The position numbers and the translations under genes were made by a program. 64,000 nt of DNA from a virus (taxonomy: Duplodnaviria > Heunggongvirae > Uroviricota > Caudoviricetes), in the IMG/VR virus record IMGVR_UViG_3300002835_000086; one strand, given 5' to 3'. Below are positions 10,057-19,030 of this stretch, one piece after another. The notes under the pieces are model-generated. The model was not told where the DNA came from. It searched no databases and worked only from the letters and a program-made list of their open reading frames with translations. Numbering within the stretch: the stretch's first letter is position 1; each line of letters opens with the position of its first letter.

Positions 10057-10899
10057 TTAGTGTATCAAGACCTTCTCGGTTTTACCATTATCATAAAGAT
10101 AAATTATAATTTCTTCTTTACGAACATTATAAACAGGTCGACCCATCATGTCATACATCCCAATTACTTTTGGTTCAGGTTTGGTAAATGTAATCACACT
10201 TGAAAGATTAGAACGCTTACAAACATCTAATTTCCTAAACATGAATGTGTCCTGACTAACACATTTGTTCCACCATTGAGCAACTACTAATACACGACCA
10301 GTGTCTTTAAATACAAAGTTAAAAAGCCTTGTATCACCATAACCTAAGAAGTCCGCATCTGGAAAATCATATTCCATTCCAATTTGGTAATCACTAAGTG
10401 AGTCCCACTCACTTTGAGTCATTTTAGCCATCCAAGGTCCTGAGTAGAACATTAAGTAGTAGCTCATACAAGTATCTTTTAATGGGTAACCTTTAATAGT
10501 GCTCATTTCAAATTTATACTGCTTACAACTATTTGGATACACATTCGAACTTACAGTAGCGCCTGGAAACTTAATAATTTCTAAAGGTCGGTAGATGGCC
10601 GTATCACATTTTGTACACCTGTTCCAAACCTTCAAATACATTTTATATTTACCTTTAACATTAAATTGAACTTGAATCAACCCCCTATTATCTCTAATAG
10701 TATCAGTCTTTTTGGTTTGGAAGTCGTAAACCATAAACATATAATCAACACAAGTGTCATCAAGTACTTGACCACTCACATACCATTTGTAAAGATTACG
10801 TTGATTTGATTGTTGGAGTTTTAGTGTGCTCCAATCACATTTTGCGTTCGCTGTTGCTAAGGAGACCAAAAGCATTAAAAGCGTAAATAGTTTTTTCAT
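10057..10899 (-). CDS. secreted cysteine-rich protein
   Basis: Signal peptide MKKLFTLLMLLVSLATANA; 280 aa with many Cys, Trp and Tyr. Confidence 0.5.
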   Translation of the reverse strand: MKKLFTLLMLLVSLATANAKCDWSTLKLQQSNQRNLYKWYVSGQVLDDTCVDYMFMVYDFQTKKTDTIRDNRGLIQVQFNVKGKYKMYLKVWNRCTKCDTAIYRPLEIIKFPGATVSSNVYPNSCKQYKFEMSTIKGYPLKDTCMSYYLMFYSGPWMAKMTQSEWDSLSDYQIGMEYDFPDADFLGYGDTRLFNFVFKDTGRVLVVAQWWNKCVSQDTFMFRKLDVCKRSNLSSVITFTKPEPKVIGMYDMMGRPVYNVRKEEIIIYLYDNGKTEKVLIH

Positions 10900-10945
10900 A
10901 ATTTCAAATATAGAACATATATTTCAGAATATTGTCATCATAAAG

Positions 10946-10975
10946 TAAAAACCCCCACCGATTGGTGAGGGTTTC
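10946..10975 (-). terminator. rho-independent terminator (CCCCCAC...GTGAGGG family)
   Basis: aaaaacccccaccgattggtgagggtt at the 3' end of the SPFH gene. Confidence 0.55.
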
Positions 10976-10979
10976 AAAG

Positions 10980-11834
10980 TTACTTAATCCCATACATTAG
11001 ATTGGTTCCATTTCCCAGGACCGTGGACGGTACGTTACCTTTCCACTTCTCAATCCATTGTTGTTGAATCAACATAGGAGTTAGTGTTTGTTGTCGTAGT
11101 CGGTTTGCTTCCGCTTCAGCCTTAGCTCTTGTTAACATCGCCTGAGCGTTACCTTCAGCAGTTGCCACTTTAATCTTAGCCTCAGCCTCAGCTTGTTTTA
11201 CTTTGTTCTCAGCCGTTAAAGCCGCTTGGACCGCGTTATTCTTAGCTTCAATTGCTTTCTTGAATGTTTCAGGGTAAACCAAGTTAGATGTAAACTGACT
11301 TAGAATAAACCCTTCAGGTTCAAGTTGTTTTACCAAAACACTTCTAACCTTCAACTCAAACAATTCACGGTTTGAAATCAATTCATCCGCAGTGTATGAG
11401 TTAGCAACAACTCGGAAAGCATCATACACAGCCGTCTTTAGAAATCCACCTTCAATATCACCCAACTCAACACGATACTTTGAAAAAATGTAAGGTACTT
11501 TTTCACGTTTAACTGAGTAGTTCAACAATGGTGATACGTGAAACTCGGAACCGTCTTTTGAGTTAACAACAAACGACTCATCGATTTCATTCTCCCTGTC
11601 CAACTTATATTCTTTGTGTTGAACGTATGTTGGGAACTCAACAATTTTTGTACTGATTGGGTTATAAAATACCCACCCTGTTACCTCAGTAACATCATCA
11701 ACACCTTTACCATCTCCATAGAGATTTACCTTAACACCTACGTGTCCTGCATCAATACGTTCACATCCTGCGAACATAGTGAAAATTAATACCAAAGCAA
11801 TTACGCTTCCCAAAATTTTAGTTAGATTGCTCAT
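10980..11834 (-). CDS. SPFH / band-7 (prohibitin/stomatin-like) membrane protein
   Basis: N-terminal TM helix, then a band-7 core, then a long Ala/Glu/Lys-rich coiled-coil C-terminus (AEAEAKIKVATAEGNAQAMLTRAKAEAEANRLRQQ). Confidence 0.7.
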   Translation of the reverse strand: MSNLTKILGSVIALVLIFTMFAGCERIDAGHVGVKVNLYGDGKGVDDVTEVTGWVFYNPISTKIVEFPTYVQHKEYKLDRENEIDESFVVNSKDGSEFHVSPLLNYSVKREKVPYIFSKYRVELGDIEGGFLKTAVYDAFRVVANSYTADELISNRELFELKVRSVLVKQLEPEGFILSQFTSNLVYPETFKKAIEAKNNAVQAALTAENKVKQAEAEAKIKVATAEGNAQAMLTRAKAEAEANRLRQQTLTPMLIQQQWIEKWKGNVPSTVLGNGTNLMYGIK

Positions 11835-12063
11835 CTTCTTTTTTGTTTGTTTTAAATAAATTAATTAATGAATCCGCAACATTTTTAATTACATAAACTC
11901 CGCCAATAAAGGTTGCTAATAAAAATGCGAAGCCAATTATTACAAGTGCACTGTCAGGTTTATTCATAAAAATAAATGAATAGTCCATAATTTCCCACAT
12001 CACCAATACAGTGATTACGATTAATGCTAAATGGAATAACGTTTTTATAAGGATATTTTTCAT
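11818..12063 (-). CDS. small membrane protein (possible NfeD-like partner of the SPFH protein)
   Basis: 81 aa with 2 TM helices, immediately upstream of and overlapping the SPFH gene. Confidence 0.35.
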   Translation of the reverse strand: MKNILIKTLFHLALIVITVLVMWEIMDYSFIFMNKPDSALVIIGFAFLLATFIGGVYVIKNVADSLINLFKTNKKEDEQSN

Positions 12064-12073
12064 ACTCGTTTTT

Positions 12074-12103
12074 TTAAAAAACCCCCCACCGAAGTGAGGG
12101 GTT
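12074..12103 (-). terminator. rho-independent terminator (CCCCCCAC...GTGAGGGG)
   Basis: aaaaaaccccccaccgaagtgaggggtt; same hairpin family as 4463, 10946 and 26170. Confidence 0.55.
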
Positions 12104-12287
12104 AGTGTGTTGGCTAGGTTTTCTTCAATAAAGGTTTTAATGAGTTTTAAGGTTTGACTCTCTCAGTGATTTTTGAACAGGTGAACAATCTAATTTTTGA
12201 ATACTTTAACGTCATCAATTATCTAATGGATAGTAGAGTTTTTATGTAACTAAATCTCCAAAAACACCAACCAAACACAACTTTCTT

Positions 12288-12722
12288 TTACAACGTTTTT
12301 GTCGCGTTGTATGTGTCTAACTCATCCTGAAGAGCATCAATCTCGTCTTCATAAGACTTAACCATCTTGTCTCGGGCGCTAGCGCTGATAACTACATTAT
12401 AGTTCAACAACATTGATTCACCATAACCTCTACGACTAACGTTACCCTCTTGGGTATCCATTTTCTTCAAGGTCTTAACCAAATTTTTCAATTCAGACAA
12501 ACGGAAAATCTTGTCATAAACTTCATTATTCGCCCTGTGGATTGCAGTCTTCAATTCAATCAATTGGTTAGTTTCTTCCAACAAACTCTGCAATTCTGTC
12601 TGTGGGTCATAACTACGGATGGCTCCTTCGATAACTGAGTTATCTTTTTCAATTCGAACAATTCTCTCATTGATACTTTTCACCAATCGAGCTTTTTGTT
12701 TTAGTGCTTGTTTAATCGTCAT
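12288..12722 (-). CDS. hypothetical coiled-coil protein
   Basis: 144 aa, heptad-like charged sequence. Confidence 0.45.
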   Translation of the reverse strand: MTIKQALKQKARLVKSINERIVRIEKDNSVIEGAIRSYDPQTELQSLLEETNQLIELKTAIHRANNEVYDKIFRLSELKNLVKTLKKMDTQEGNVSRRGYGESMLLNYNVVISASARDKMVKSYEDEIDALQDELDTYNATKTL

Positions 12723-12761
12723 AATCTTCTATTTAAGTTTTACAAATATAAATGTTTTTTA

Positions 12762-13430
12762 TTAACTGTCAACTTCCGTGGGGTCAATTCTTTTTTCGTG
12801 ATGGTCTTTAGGAAGTGTTAACCTTACTTTTGGTCGGTCCTTTAACAAAGAACGAATCTCACTTAAATCATAAGGATATAAGTTGTTACCGTCAACCCCA
12901 ACGTCCATTGCTCGTCCATCAGCAATCTTAAGATGTGATGGTAAGTGAACGTGTCCGTGTAAGTGAATTACCCCATCATTCATACCATTCCAAGACGCTA
13001 TTGGATAGTGTAGACATACGATAGAAATCTTATCTACAATCTTTCCGTTGGGAATCCTCAAATCTAAATGTAAGTAATCAAAACATCCTTTGAACACCCT
13101 TTGGATGTCTTCTTTATCTCTACGAATGTGGTGGTCGTGGTTACCAAAAACTAAGTAAACGTTTTTACATAAGATTCTGTTACGAAACTCTTCAATCTTA
13201 TCGAATCCACCGAAAGACCAGTCACCTAAGTGAATCAATATATCATTCTCACCAATCATCTCATTGATGTTGTTGACCAAGACATCATTCATATGGTCAA
13301 GGGATTTGAAATCTCGAGTTAGATTTTCAGCGCCAACCCATTTTGTAGTTGCGCTACAAATATTACCGTGACCATAGTGAGTATCACTGGTAAAAAATAA
13401 CCGCTGTCCTTTCTCTAATACAAGTTTCAT
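12762..13430 (-). CDS. metallophosphoesterase (calcineurin-like, phage lambda PPase / Pnkp-phosphatase-like)
   Basis: FFTSDTHYGH ... HLGDWSFGG ... VFGNHDHH ... HLHGHVH motifs. Confidence 0.7.
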   Translation of the reverse strand: MKLVLEKGQRLFFTSDTHYGHGNICSATTKWVGAENLTRDFKSLDHMNDVLVNNINEMIGENDILIHLGDWSFGGFDKIEEFRNRILCKNVYLVFGNHDHHIRRDKEDIQRVFKGCFDYLHLDLRIPNGKIVDKISIVCLHYPIASWNGMNDGVIHLHGHVHLPSHLKIADGRAMDVGVDGNNLYPYDLSEIRSLLKDRPKVRLTLPKDHHEKRIDPTEVDS

Positions 13431-13469
13431 AGGACAAAGGTAAAATAAAATATAGATTAAATCAAAAAA

Positions 13470-14264
13470 TTACGCGATTTTTTCAAACTTAGATAAAGTT
13501 TCACTTGCTTTAGAACGTGCCATACCTGATGAACCACCAGCATTCAAGTCAGCAAAATAGTTAGACGCGTCTTTTTCATTATCAAATTTAGGAAGTGAAT
13601 TTGGTGATTTACCTTTTAACATAAAGGCAATTGCAACTTTGGCAGCTACTCTTGGGTCATCTAATGAATCAGGATTACCTTCAAGGTTTTCACCAACAAG
13701 ACTACCATATTTTTTGTAGTTCGCTCTACCTGTTAGTCCATTGAACCCTCTACCTCTGTATTTGTATCCATCACCAGGTTCAGTGTTACCCAATCTGATA
13801 CCTGATTTGTACCCATACATATATTCAAAAAAGTCCTTATTACTTTTTTTAAGTCTCGTTAACTGTCTATCACTTAACCTTTGGGCTCTTTTACCAAAAA
13901 TACTTCTGATTCTATCGTTACTTGTATTACCGTAACCAATTTCAGAACCCATCTGAAAACCAGATTCTTTGGCCAAAACACTTAATATACCAATTTGAGT
14001 ATCAACATCAGTAATACCCATTTTATTCATTTCATCTATCACGATTTCTACGTTTCTGCCGGCTTCACCACTATAACTGTGTTTGATTTTACCATTATCG
14101 GAAACTTCAAGGTCGTCGGTTTTAACCTCATCACCTTTTGGTTTCTCTTCAGGCGCAAATGCTGAAAGGGTTTTTAAAAAATCGGCAAGTCTCCCAATAG
14201 CTTGTTCATTTAAACCCATAAGTCTAAACTGCTTATTAACTTCTTTCAAAAGTGGTTTTGACAT
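13470..14264 (-). CDS. glycoside hydrolase family 19-like lysozyme/chitinase (candidate endolysin)
   Basis: ILSVLAKESGFQ and YRGRGFNGLTGRANYKKYG match the GH19 catalytic-region motifs HETGG and GRGPIQLTGRANY. Confidence 0.6.
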   Translation of the reverse strand: MSKPLLKEVNKQFRLMGLNEQAIGRLADFLKTLSAFAPEEKPKGDEVKTDDLEVSDNGKIKHSYSGEAGRNVEIVIDEMNKMGITDVDTQIGILSVLAKESGFQMGSEIGYGNTSNDRIRSIFGKRAQRLSDRQLTRLKKSNKDFFEYMYGYKSGIRLGNTEPGDGYKYRGRGFNGLTGRANYKKYGSLVGENLEGNPDSLDDPRVAAKVAIAFMLKGKSPNSLPKFDNEKDASNYFADLNAGGSSGMARSKASETLSKFEKIA

Positions 14265-14295
14265 AATATTTTTATCTATAAATATACAATTACAA

Positions 14296-14312
14296 AGTAT
14301 TTATCATATATC
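14296..14312 (+). promoter_or_regulatory. TAnnTTTG -7 promoter element upstream of the 14324 gene
   Basis: TATATCTTTG sits about 20 nt before the ATG. Confidence 0.35.
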
Positions 14313-14323
14313 TTTGATTCATT

Positions 14324-14611
14324 ATGGCCGACAGGAATTTTTATATGAGAAGAGTATTGACCAAAATTGTAAAAAATATGGTTAGTAAAAATCCTGCATT
14401 CAAAAATATTCGTTCAGTTGAAATACAATTCTTACTTAAATCTCCTGTTAGAAGCGCAATGTGTGATTGGGTTTATGGTCTTACTATCAAGACATATAAC
14501 GATGATGTTAACCAACCTCAAATAATTTCTCAAATAAAAGAAAGAATTGATTCTGTTACATCACAACTAACAAAAGACACTTTCTGTCTCACCGACTATT
14601 ACTTCGAGTAG
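14324..14611 (+). CDS. hypothetical protein
   Basis: 95-aa plus-strand ORF with an upstream promoter motif. Confidence 0.4.
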   Translation: MADRNFYMRRVLTKIVKNMVSKNPAFKNIRSVEIQFLLKSPVRSAMCDWVYGLTIKTYNDDVNQPQIISQIKERIDSVTSQLTKDTFCLTDYYFE

Positions 14612-15726
14612 TCGTATTTACGAAAAATCCCATCTACCGTATGTAACGCTTGAGCAACCACTTGGTGCATATCATAATAAGCATAGGTCCCAAGTCTACC
14701 CCCAAATATGTATTTAGATTCAGACTCTGTCAATGATTTATATTTTTCATAAATCTCAACATTTTTACCGTCTCTGATTGGGTAATATGGTTCGTTCTCA
14801 CCAGTATACTCACAAGAGTATTCCTTACTGATATAAGTACCTTTTTGATTCTTAGGGTCAAACCATTTATGTTCTAATATTCGAGTATACTTAGTATCAG
14901 AATCAGTAAAATTCATTACAGGGTTTCCTTGGAAGTTGTCAACTTCTAATTGGTAATTCTCCCATCTAAGACTACGATATTCCAATCGACCAAATTCGTA
15001 ATCGTAAAACTTATCAATTGGTCCTGTGTAAATTATCTTATCAGATAAAGACTCAAGGATATCTCTATTCTCAAAAAAATCAAATTCAGTCAGTACTTCA
15101 ATACCTGATAGTAGTTTTTCAAAAATTTGGGTATAACCTCCGTCAGGAATTCCTTGGTACTTGTCATTGAAATAATTGTTATTCCAAGTAAATCTAACAG
15201 GTAATCTTTTAATAATGGATGGTGGTAGTTCAGAACATTTCTTATCCCATTGTTTCTCAGTATAACCTTTAATCAACTTTTCATATATGTCAGTCCCTAC
15301 CATTGAAAGAGCTTGTTCTTCCAAATTAGTGATAGGTCCCTTATATTTTTGTTCATCAATCATATACTGTGCCTTTTCAGGTGTGTTAACACCCCACAGT
15401 TGATTGAATGTCCACATATTGAAAGGTAATGAGTAAATCTCACCCTTATAGTTAGCCAAAGGTGAATTAACAAACTGATTAAAAGTTGCAAATCTGTTTA
15501 CGTAGTTCCAAACTCTTTCATCATTAGTATGGAATATGTGAGCACCATACTTGTGAACGTGTATACCGTCTATATTTTCAGTATAACAGTTTCCACCGAT
15601 ATGATTTCTTTTTTCAACAACTAATACGTTGAATTTCTTACTTAGTTCGTGGGCGCAGATTGCTCCAAAGAGACCTGCCCCCACGATTACAAAGTCATAA
15701 TGTCTATAGGAAGTCAAAAACGACAC
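14599..15726 (-). CDS. glf: UDP-galactopyranose mutase (makes UDP-galactofuranose)
   Basis: N-terminal FAD-binding fold DFVIVGAGLFGAICAHEL; the 375-aa length and overall sequence pattern are those of Glf. Confidence 0.8.
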   Translation of the reverse strand: MSFLTSYRHYDFVIVGAGLFGAICAHELSKKFNVLVVEKRNHIGGNCYTENIDGIHVHKYGAHIFHTNDERVWNYVNRFATFNQFVNSPLANYKGEIYSLPFNMWTFNQLWGVNTPEKAQYMIDEQKYKGPITNLEEQALSMVGTDIYEKLIKGYTEKQWDKKCSELPPSIIKRLPVRFTWNNNYFNDKYQGIPDGGYTQIFEKLLSGIEVLTEFDFFENRDILESLSDKIIYTGPIDKFYDYEFGRLEYRSLRWENYQLEVDNFQGNPVMNFTDSDTKYTRILEHKWFDPKNQKGTYISKEYSCEYTGENEPYYPIRDGKNVEIYEKYKSLTESESKYIFGGRLGTYAYYDMHQVVAQALHTVDGIFRKYDYSK

Positions 15727-16861
15727 TGTCAGGAGATAATACAGGTTTATTAATCTTGTTCTCTAATCTTTCTTTGAACTCATACAAGAAGTTAGATGAA
15801 TTAGTATAACATCTATCCTCAATCAAGAAACACAAATTAGGATATGGGTTTTCTCTACCTTCATTAATCATTTGTTCAACAACCTCAAGAGCTTCTTTGT
15901 TCCTTTGTCTTTTCTCATAAAAGAATGCCAAATACATCAAGTGTTCATTTCTTGTTGGAGAGAACGGTCCTGCAGATTTGTAGTGTTCTTCCGCTTTATC
16001 ATACTCCCCTCTAAAGTTATATGCTTCACCCAAAAGTATAAATGTTAGATATGACATCTCATCTAATCTTGCAGGTTTACCAGTATTAAACCAGTTGTGA
16101 TTAAGTGCTAAAAACTTATTAAAGTAGAAAATCGCTCTACGAGCATATTCGTCTGAGTGGTCCTTTCCAAATGCAAGTTCATCAGGATTTCCATAACAAT
16201 CAGCATAACTCTTACCAACATACCAAAGATGATACATATCCTCATTGATGGTGTTTCCAACAACTTTGTCAATTTCTAATTCCAAAGCATCTCTCAAAAA
16301 CTTTCTTGGTGCAAACCAAGTCTGACCATCATTTGTGATTAAGTGTCTAAATCCAAAAGGTAGAACCATTCTTTGGAAATTTTCACCGACTTCAGGTAAG
16401 TGAATTGTTTCGTGTCTTTTATCGTGTTGAAAAAACCAAGGTCTTTTTGCATTCCATAACCAAGTTCTGTAATACTTTGTACCCATTGCCTGAGCTGTAA
16501 TGTTGAATGAATCAATTGAAGTGTCTTCCAATACAGTCCAATCAAAGTCCTCATCAACAATTAGTTGTTCATCAGCATCCATTCTCAGAATCCAATCACA
16601 TCCGTGGTCAGCCTTCAAACATTCCTGTAAGGTATGGTCTCTATTCCATCCTGGATATTGCCATTCAATCTCATACAGGAATCCAGGAATCCCTTTTTCT
16701 TTGAAGTAGTTTCTTATAATGTCTTGTGTTCCGTCAGTAGACCCATTGTCCTGTATAACCCAATAATCAATATATTGGAAACAGGAGTCTAACATTCTTG
16801 TGATAGTTCTGGCCTCATTAGCCACCATCGCGTTTAAGCAAATTTTGGTTTTTTTATTCAT
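15704..16861 (-). CDS. family 2 glycosyltransferase with C-terminal TPR-like region
   Basis: GT-A N-terminus (CLNAMVANEARTI...IQDNGSTDGT) and an ILRMDADEQL DxD motif. Confidence 0.65.
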   Translation of the reverse strand: MNKKTKICLNAMVANEARTITRMLDSCFQYIDYWVIQDNGSTDGTQDIIRNYFKEKGIPGFLYEIEWQYPGWNRDHTLQECLKADHGCDWILRMDADEQLIVDEDFDWTVLEDTSIDSFNITAQAMGTKYYRTWLWNAKRPWFFQHDKRHETIHLPEVGENFQRMVLPFGFRHLITNDGQTWFAPRKFLRDALELEIDKVVGNTINEDMYHLWYVGKSYADCYGNPDELAFGKDHSDEYARRAIFYFNKFLALNHNWFNTGKPARLDEMSYLTFILLGEAYNFRGEYDKAEEHYKSAGPFSPTRNEHLMYLAFFYEKRQRNKEALEVVEQMINEGRENPYPNLCFLIEDRCYTNSSNFLYEFKERLENKINKPVLSPDSVVFDFL

Positions 16862-18101
16862 AAATGTAATTCATTACTTGTTCTTGTTTATAGTATTTTT
16901 TGATTGGGACACTGTTTTGGAACTTTTGTGAGTGTTGTGTAATCTCATCCCAATTCCAATCAAAATAACCCATTTCTTCAATTCTGTCGTGTATTCTTTT
17001 ATCATAGAAGTCCCTGATTAATCTGGCCCTACGATTAATATCTGTTGCATTATTATCAACTGTTGAGTTGTTATTGTTGTATTGTAGATATAACACCTTC
17101 TTTACGTGAATCATCTTGGTTTCTAAAAATGTACGAATAAGAATCTCCAAGTCATCAGCAACAGGTGTTAATTTATTGTGTCCTGAAATATTATGATAAA
17201 CACTTCTCTCCCACATTCTAGCGTGGTTTGGCATTGTGATATTGAATCTAATTGTGAGTGGGTTTACATCAGGGTACCAATGAGCAAGTCTATCAACACC
17301 GTCAACATTTACCCAACTGTGTCCAGCATACCCAAAGTCAAAATAGTTATCGTGACGAGCATACCAATTACCAGTCCAATCGTGGTCATAAAACTTAGGT
17401 TCACCGTCCTCGTATATCTCTGAACAATCAGTATAAAGAAATCCCGCGTCAGGGTATTTTAATATTGCATCATTAGCGGTTTCAAGACAAGTTGTAACCA
17501 AACAATCATCGTGGTCCAATTCAATCAACCAATCACCATCACCTAACATAGCTGCACGATGTTTAGCCAAACCAATATTACCACCCGATAATGGATAAAT
17601 CCTGTGAGGTTTTACCCGATAGTCTTTCTCCGCAATTTCAGTTATCATCTCCCAAGTTTCAGGGTCAGGCGAATCATCAACCACAACCCATTCCCAATTA
17701 TCAAAGGTTTGGTTGTTTAAAGACTCATAAGTCCTATAAATCCTTTCTCCTGTTTTGTAGGTTGGTGTGAAAATTGTAAATCTTGGTCTAAAATATTCAC
17801 AGTTTCTAAACACAGTCTGACAAACAATTACGTTCGCCAAAATTGCTTCATCAATCGGTTCATCATAGTGAATGTGAAATCTTTTCAAATGATAGTGTGG
17901 GATGTTTACTTCTTCACCAAAACTTATAATTAAGTCAGGTTTATATTTTGTATAATCACCAACGACATCGTTTGTATATGGTAGATTATAAACAACAACA
18001 TCATCAAACAGATGTTCTTCCCAGTATATTTGTGAGATTAAGGTTGTTTCACCTTCCGTACCTAATCCATACACTATTGCTGACGGTTTTTTTGTCTTCA
18101 T
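16854..18101 (-). CDS. family 2 glycosyltransferase with N-terminal extra domain
   Basis: FTIFTPTYKTG ... VVVDDSPD ... LDHDD motifs typical of GT2. Confidence 0.65.
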   Translation of the reverse strand: MKTKKPSAIVYGLGTEGETTLISQIYWEEHLFDDVVVYNLPYTNDVVGDYTKYKPDLIISFGEEVNIPHYHLKRFHIHYDEPIDEAILANVIVCQTVFRNCEYFRPRFTIFTPTYKTGERIYRTYESLNNQTFDNWEWVVVDDSPDPETWEMITEIAEKDYRVKPHRIYPLSGGNIGLAKHRAAMLGDGDWLIELDHDDCLVTTCLETANDAILKYPDAGFLYTDCSEIYEDGEPKFYDHDWTGNWYARHDNYFDFGYAGHSWVNVDGVDRLAHWYPDVNPLTIRFNITMPNHARMWERSVYHNISGHNKLTPVADDLEILIRTFLETKMIHVKKVLYLQYNNNNSTVDNNATDINRRARLIRDFYDKRIHDRIEEMGYFDWNWDEITQHSQKFQNSVPIKKYYKQEQVMNYIYE

Positions 18102-18145
18102 ACGTTCAAAACATAGTTATTTAAAGTGTTGTTGTAAAGTTCATA

Positions 18146-18173
18146 TAAAAGAAAAGGTCCTCTTTCGAGGACC
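18146..18173 (-). terminator. rho-independent terminator
   Basis: Hairpin ggtcctctttcgaggacc plus an A-run (T-run on the minus strand), 3' of the 18189 gene. Confidence 0.55.
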
Positions 18174-18188
18174 AATTCACCAACCATC

Positions 18189-18929
18189 TTATACCCACTC
18201 CATCATAATCTGAGACTTCCCGTTCCATTCTTTGATTTGACGTTTCGGAACCCAAAACTCCATCTCTCCGATTTCCTCAACTCGTTTGAGGTATGCCTCA
18301 CGGTAAGCTCCGGCTTCAGAAGAGTTCTTGATGTAAGGGATTCTCATATGCTTTGAACAAATCTTACCCATTCCTGTCAACATTGAGAACTCATCAGTCA
18401 AATCTTTACCACAACACATACAAACCTTCATACGGCTTACGGTCATCTTACCTGAGAACTTAACCGCCTTTGGTGAGATAGCCAAAATCTTAGTGATATC
18501 CAAGATTGTTGGGTTGAACTCAAGGTTGTAAGTCTCCTTCATTTGTTGACCGATTTTACGTCCAACCTTGATGGTTTCTCCTACGGTTGGAAGTTTGAAG
18601 TTGATAGTCTTAGACTTGTCTTCTTCCTTCTCGATTTGTTTGAGAGCTGCGTTGATTTGTTTGTTGGTCAACGTTCCCCACTTTTGAAGTTTAAGAGAGA
18701 TGTCTTTCACGAAGGTGCTCTCACCGTTGTATTCAACGATTTTCTTCAACTCGGGACGTTCCTCAACGTTCAAAGTGGTTACAGGTGCATTGAGACATTT
18801 CTCAGCGGCTTCGACTTGCTTGGGAGTCAAACGACCCCACTGGTTAAGAGATTCTTTCATTTTAAGGATGAAGCTGTTGTTACCTTGGTAGTTACGAACT
18901 TTTTCTTGGGTAGTGATGGTGGTTGTCAT
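18189..18929 (-). CDS. hypothetical protein with internal duplicated motif (start moved to MTTTITTQ)
   Basis: The ORF track extends to 19061, but that extension contains a terminator hairpin and promoter motif. A TATCTTTGTA box sits about 25 nt upstream of the ATG at 18929. The protein has two copies of a WG(R/T)LTxKQ(V/I) repeat and a C-terminal CxCCGK...CSKH motif. Confidence 0.5.
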   Translation of the reverse strand: MTTTITTQEKVRNYQGNNSFILKMKESLNQWGRLTPKQVEAAEKCLNAPVTTLNVEERPELKKIVEYNGESTFVKDISLKLQKWGTLTNKQINAALKQIEKEEDKSKTINFKLPTVGETIKVGRKIGQQMKETYNLEFNPTILDITKILAISPKAVKFSGKMTVSRMKVCMCCGKDLTDEFSMLTGMGKICSKHMRIPYIKNSSEAGAYREAYLKRVEEIGEMEFWVPKRQIKEWNGKSQIMMEWV

Positions 18930-18947
18930 ATTGGTTGGTTTTAAATT

Positions 18948-18985
18948 CAATACAAAGATAAGGAAAGTTTTGGTTCCCACAACAC
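18948..18985 (-). promoter_or_regulatory. TATCTTTGTA promoter motif for the 18929 gene
   Basis: Same TATCTTTGTA(t/g)TG box as upstream of the 19495 gene. Confidence 0.4.
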
Positions 18986-18989
18986 AATT

Positions 18990-19023
18990 CAAAAAAAAAT
19001 CCCCTCTTTTTTTAGAGGGGATT
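18990..19023 (-). terminator. rho-independent terminator
   Basis: tcccctctttttttagagggga hairpin with a 10-A run (T-run on the minus strand) just 3' of the 19031..19495 gene. Confidence 0.65.
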
Positions 19024-19030
19024 GTCACTC

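Noticed and set aside
16339-18944. Small ORFs nested inside or antisense to the glycosyltransferase and 18189 genes (16339..16560, 16500..16709, 17193..17423, 18543..18944)
   Set aside because: They are fully contained in better-supported longer ORFs on the same or opposite strand and lack independent signals.
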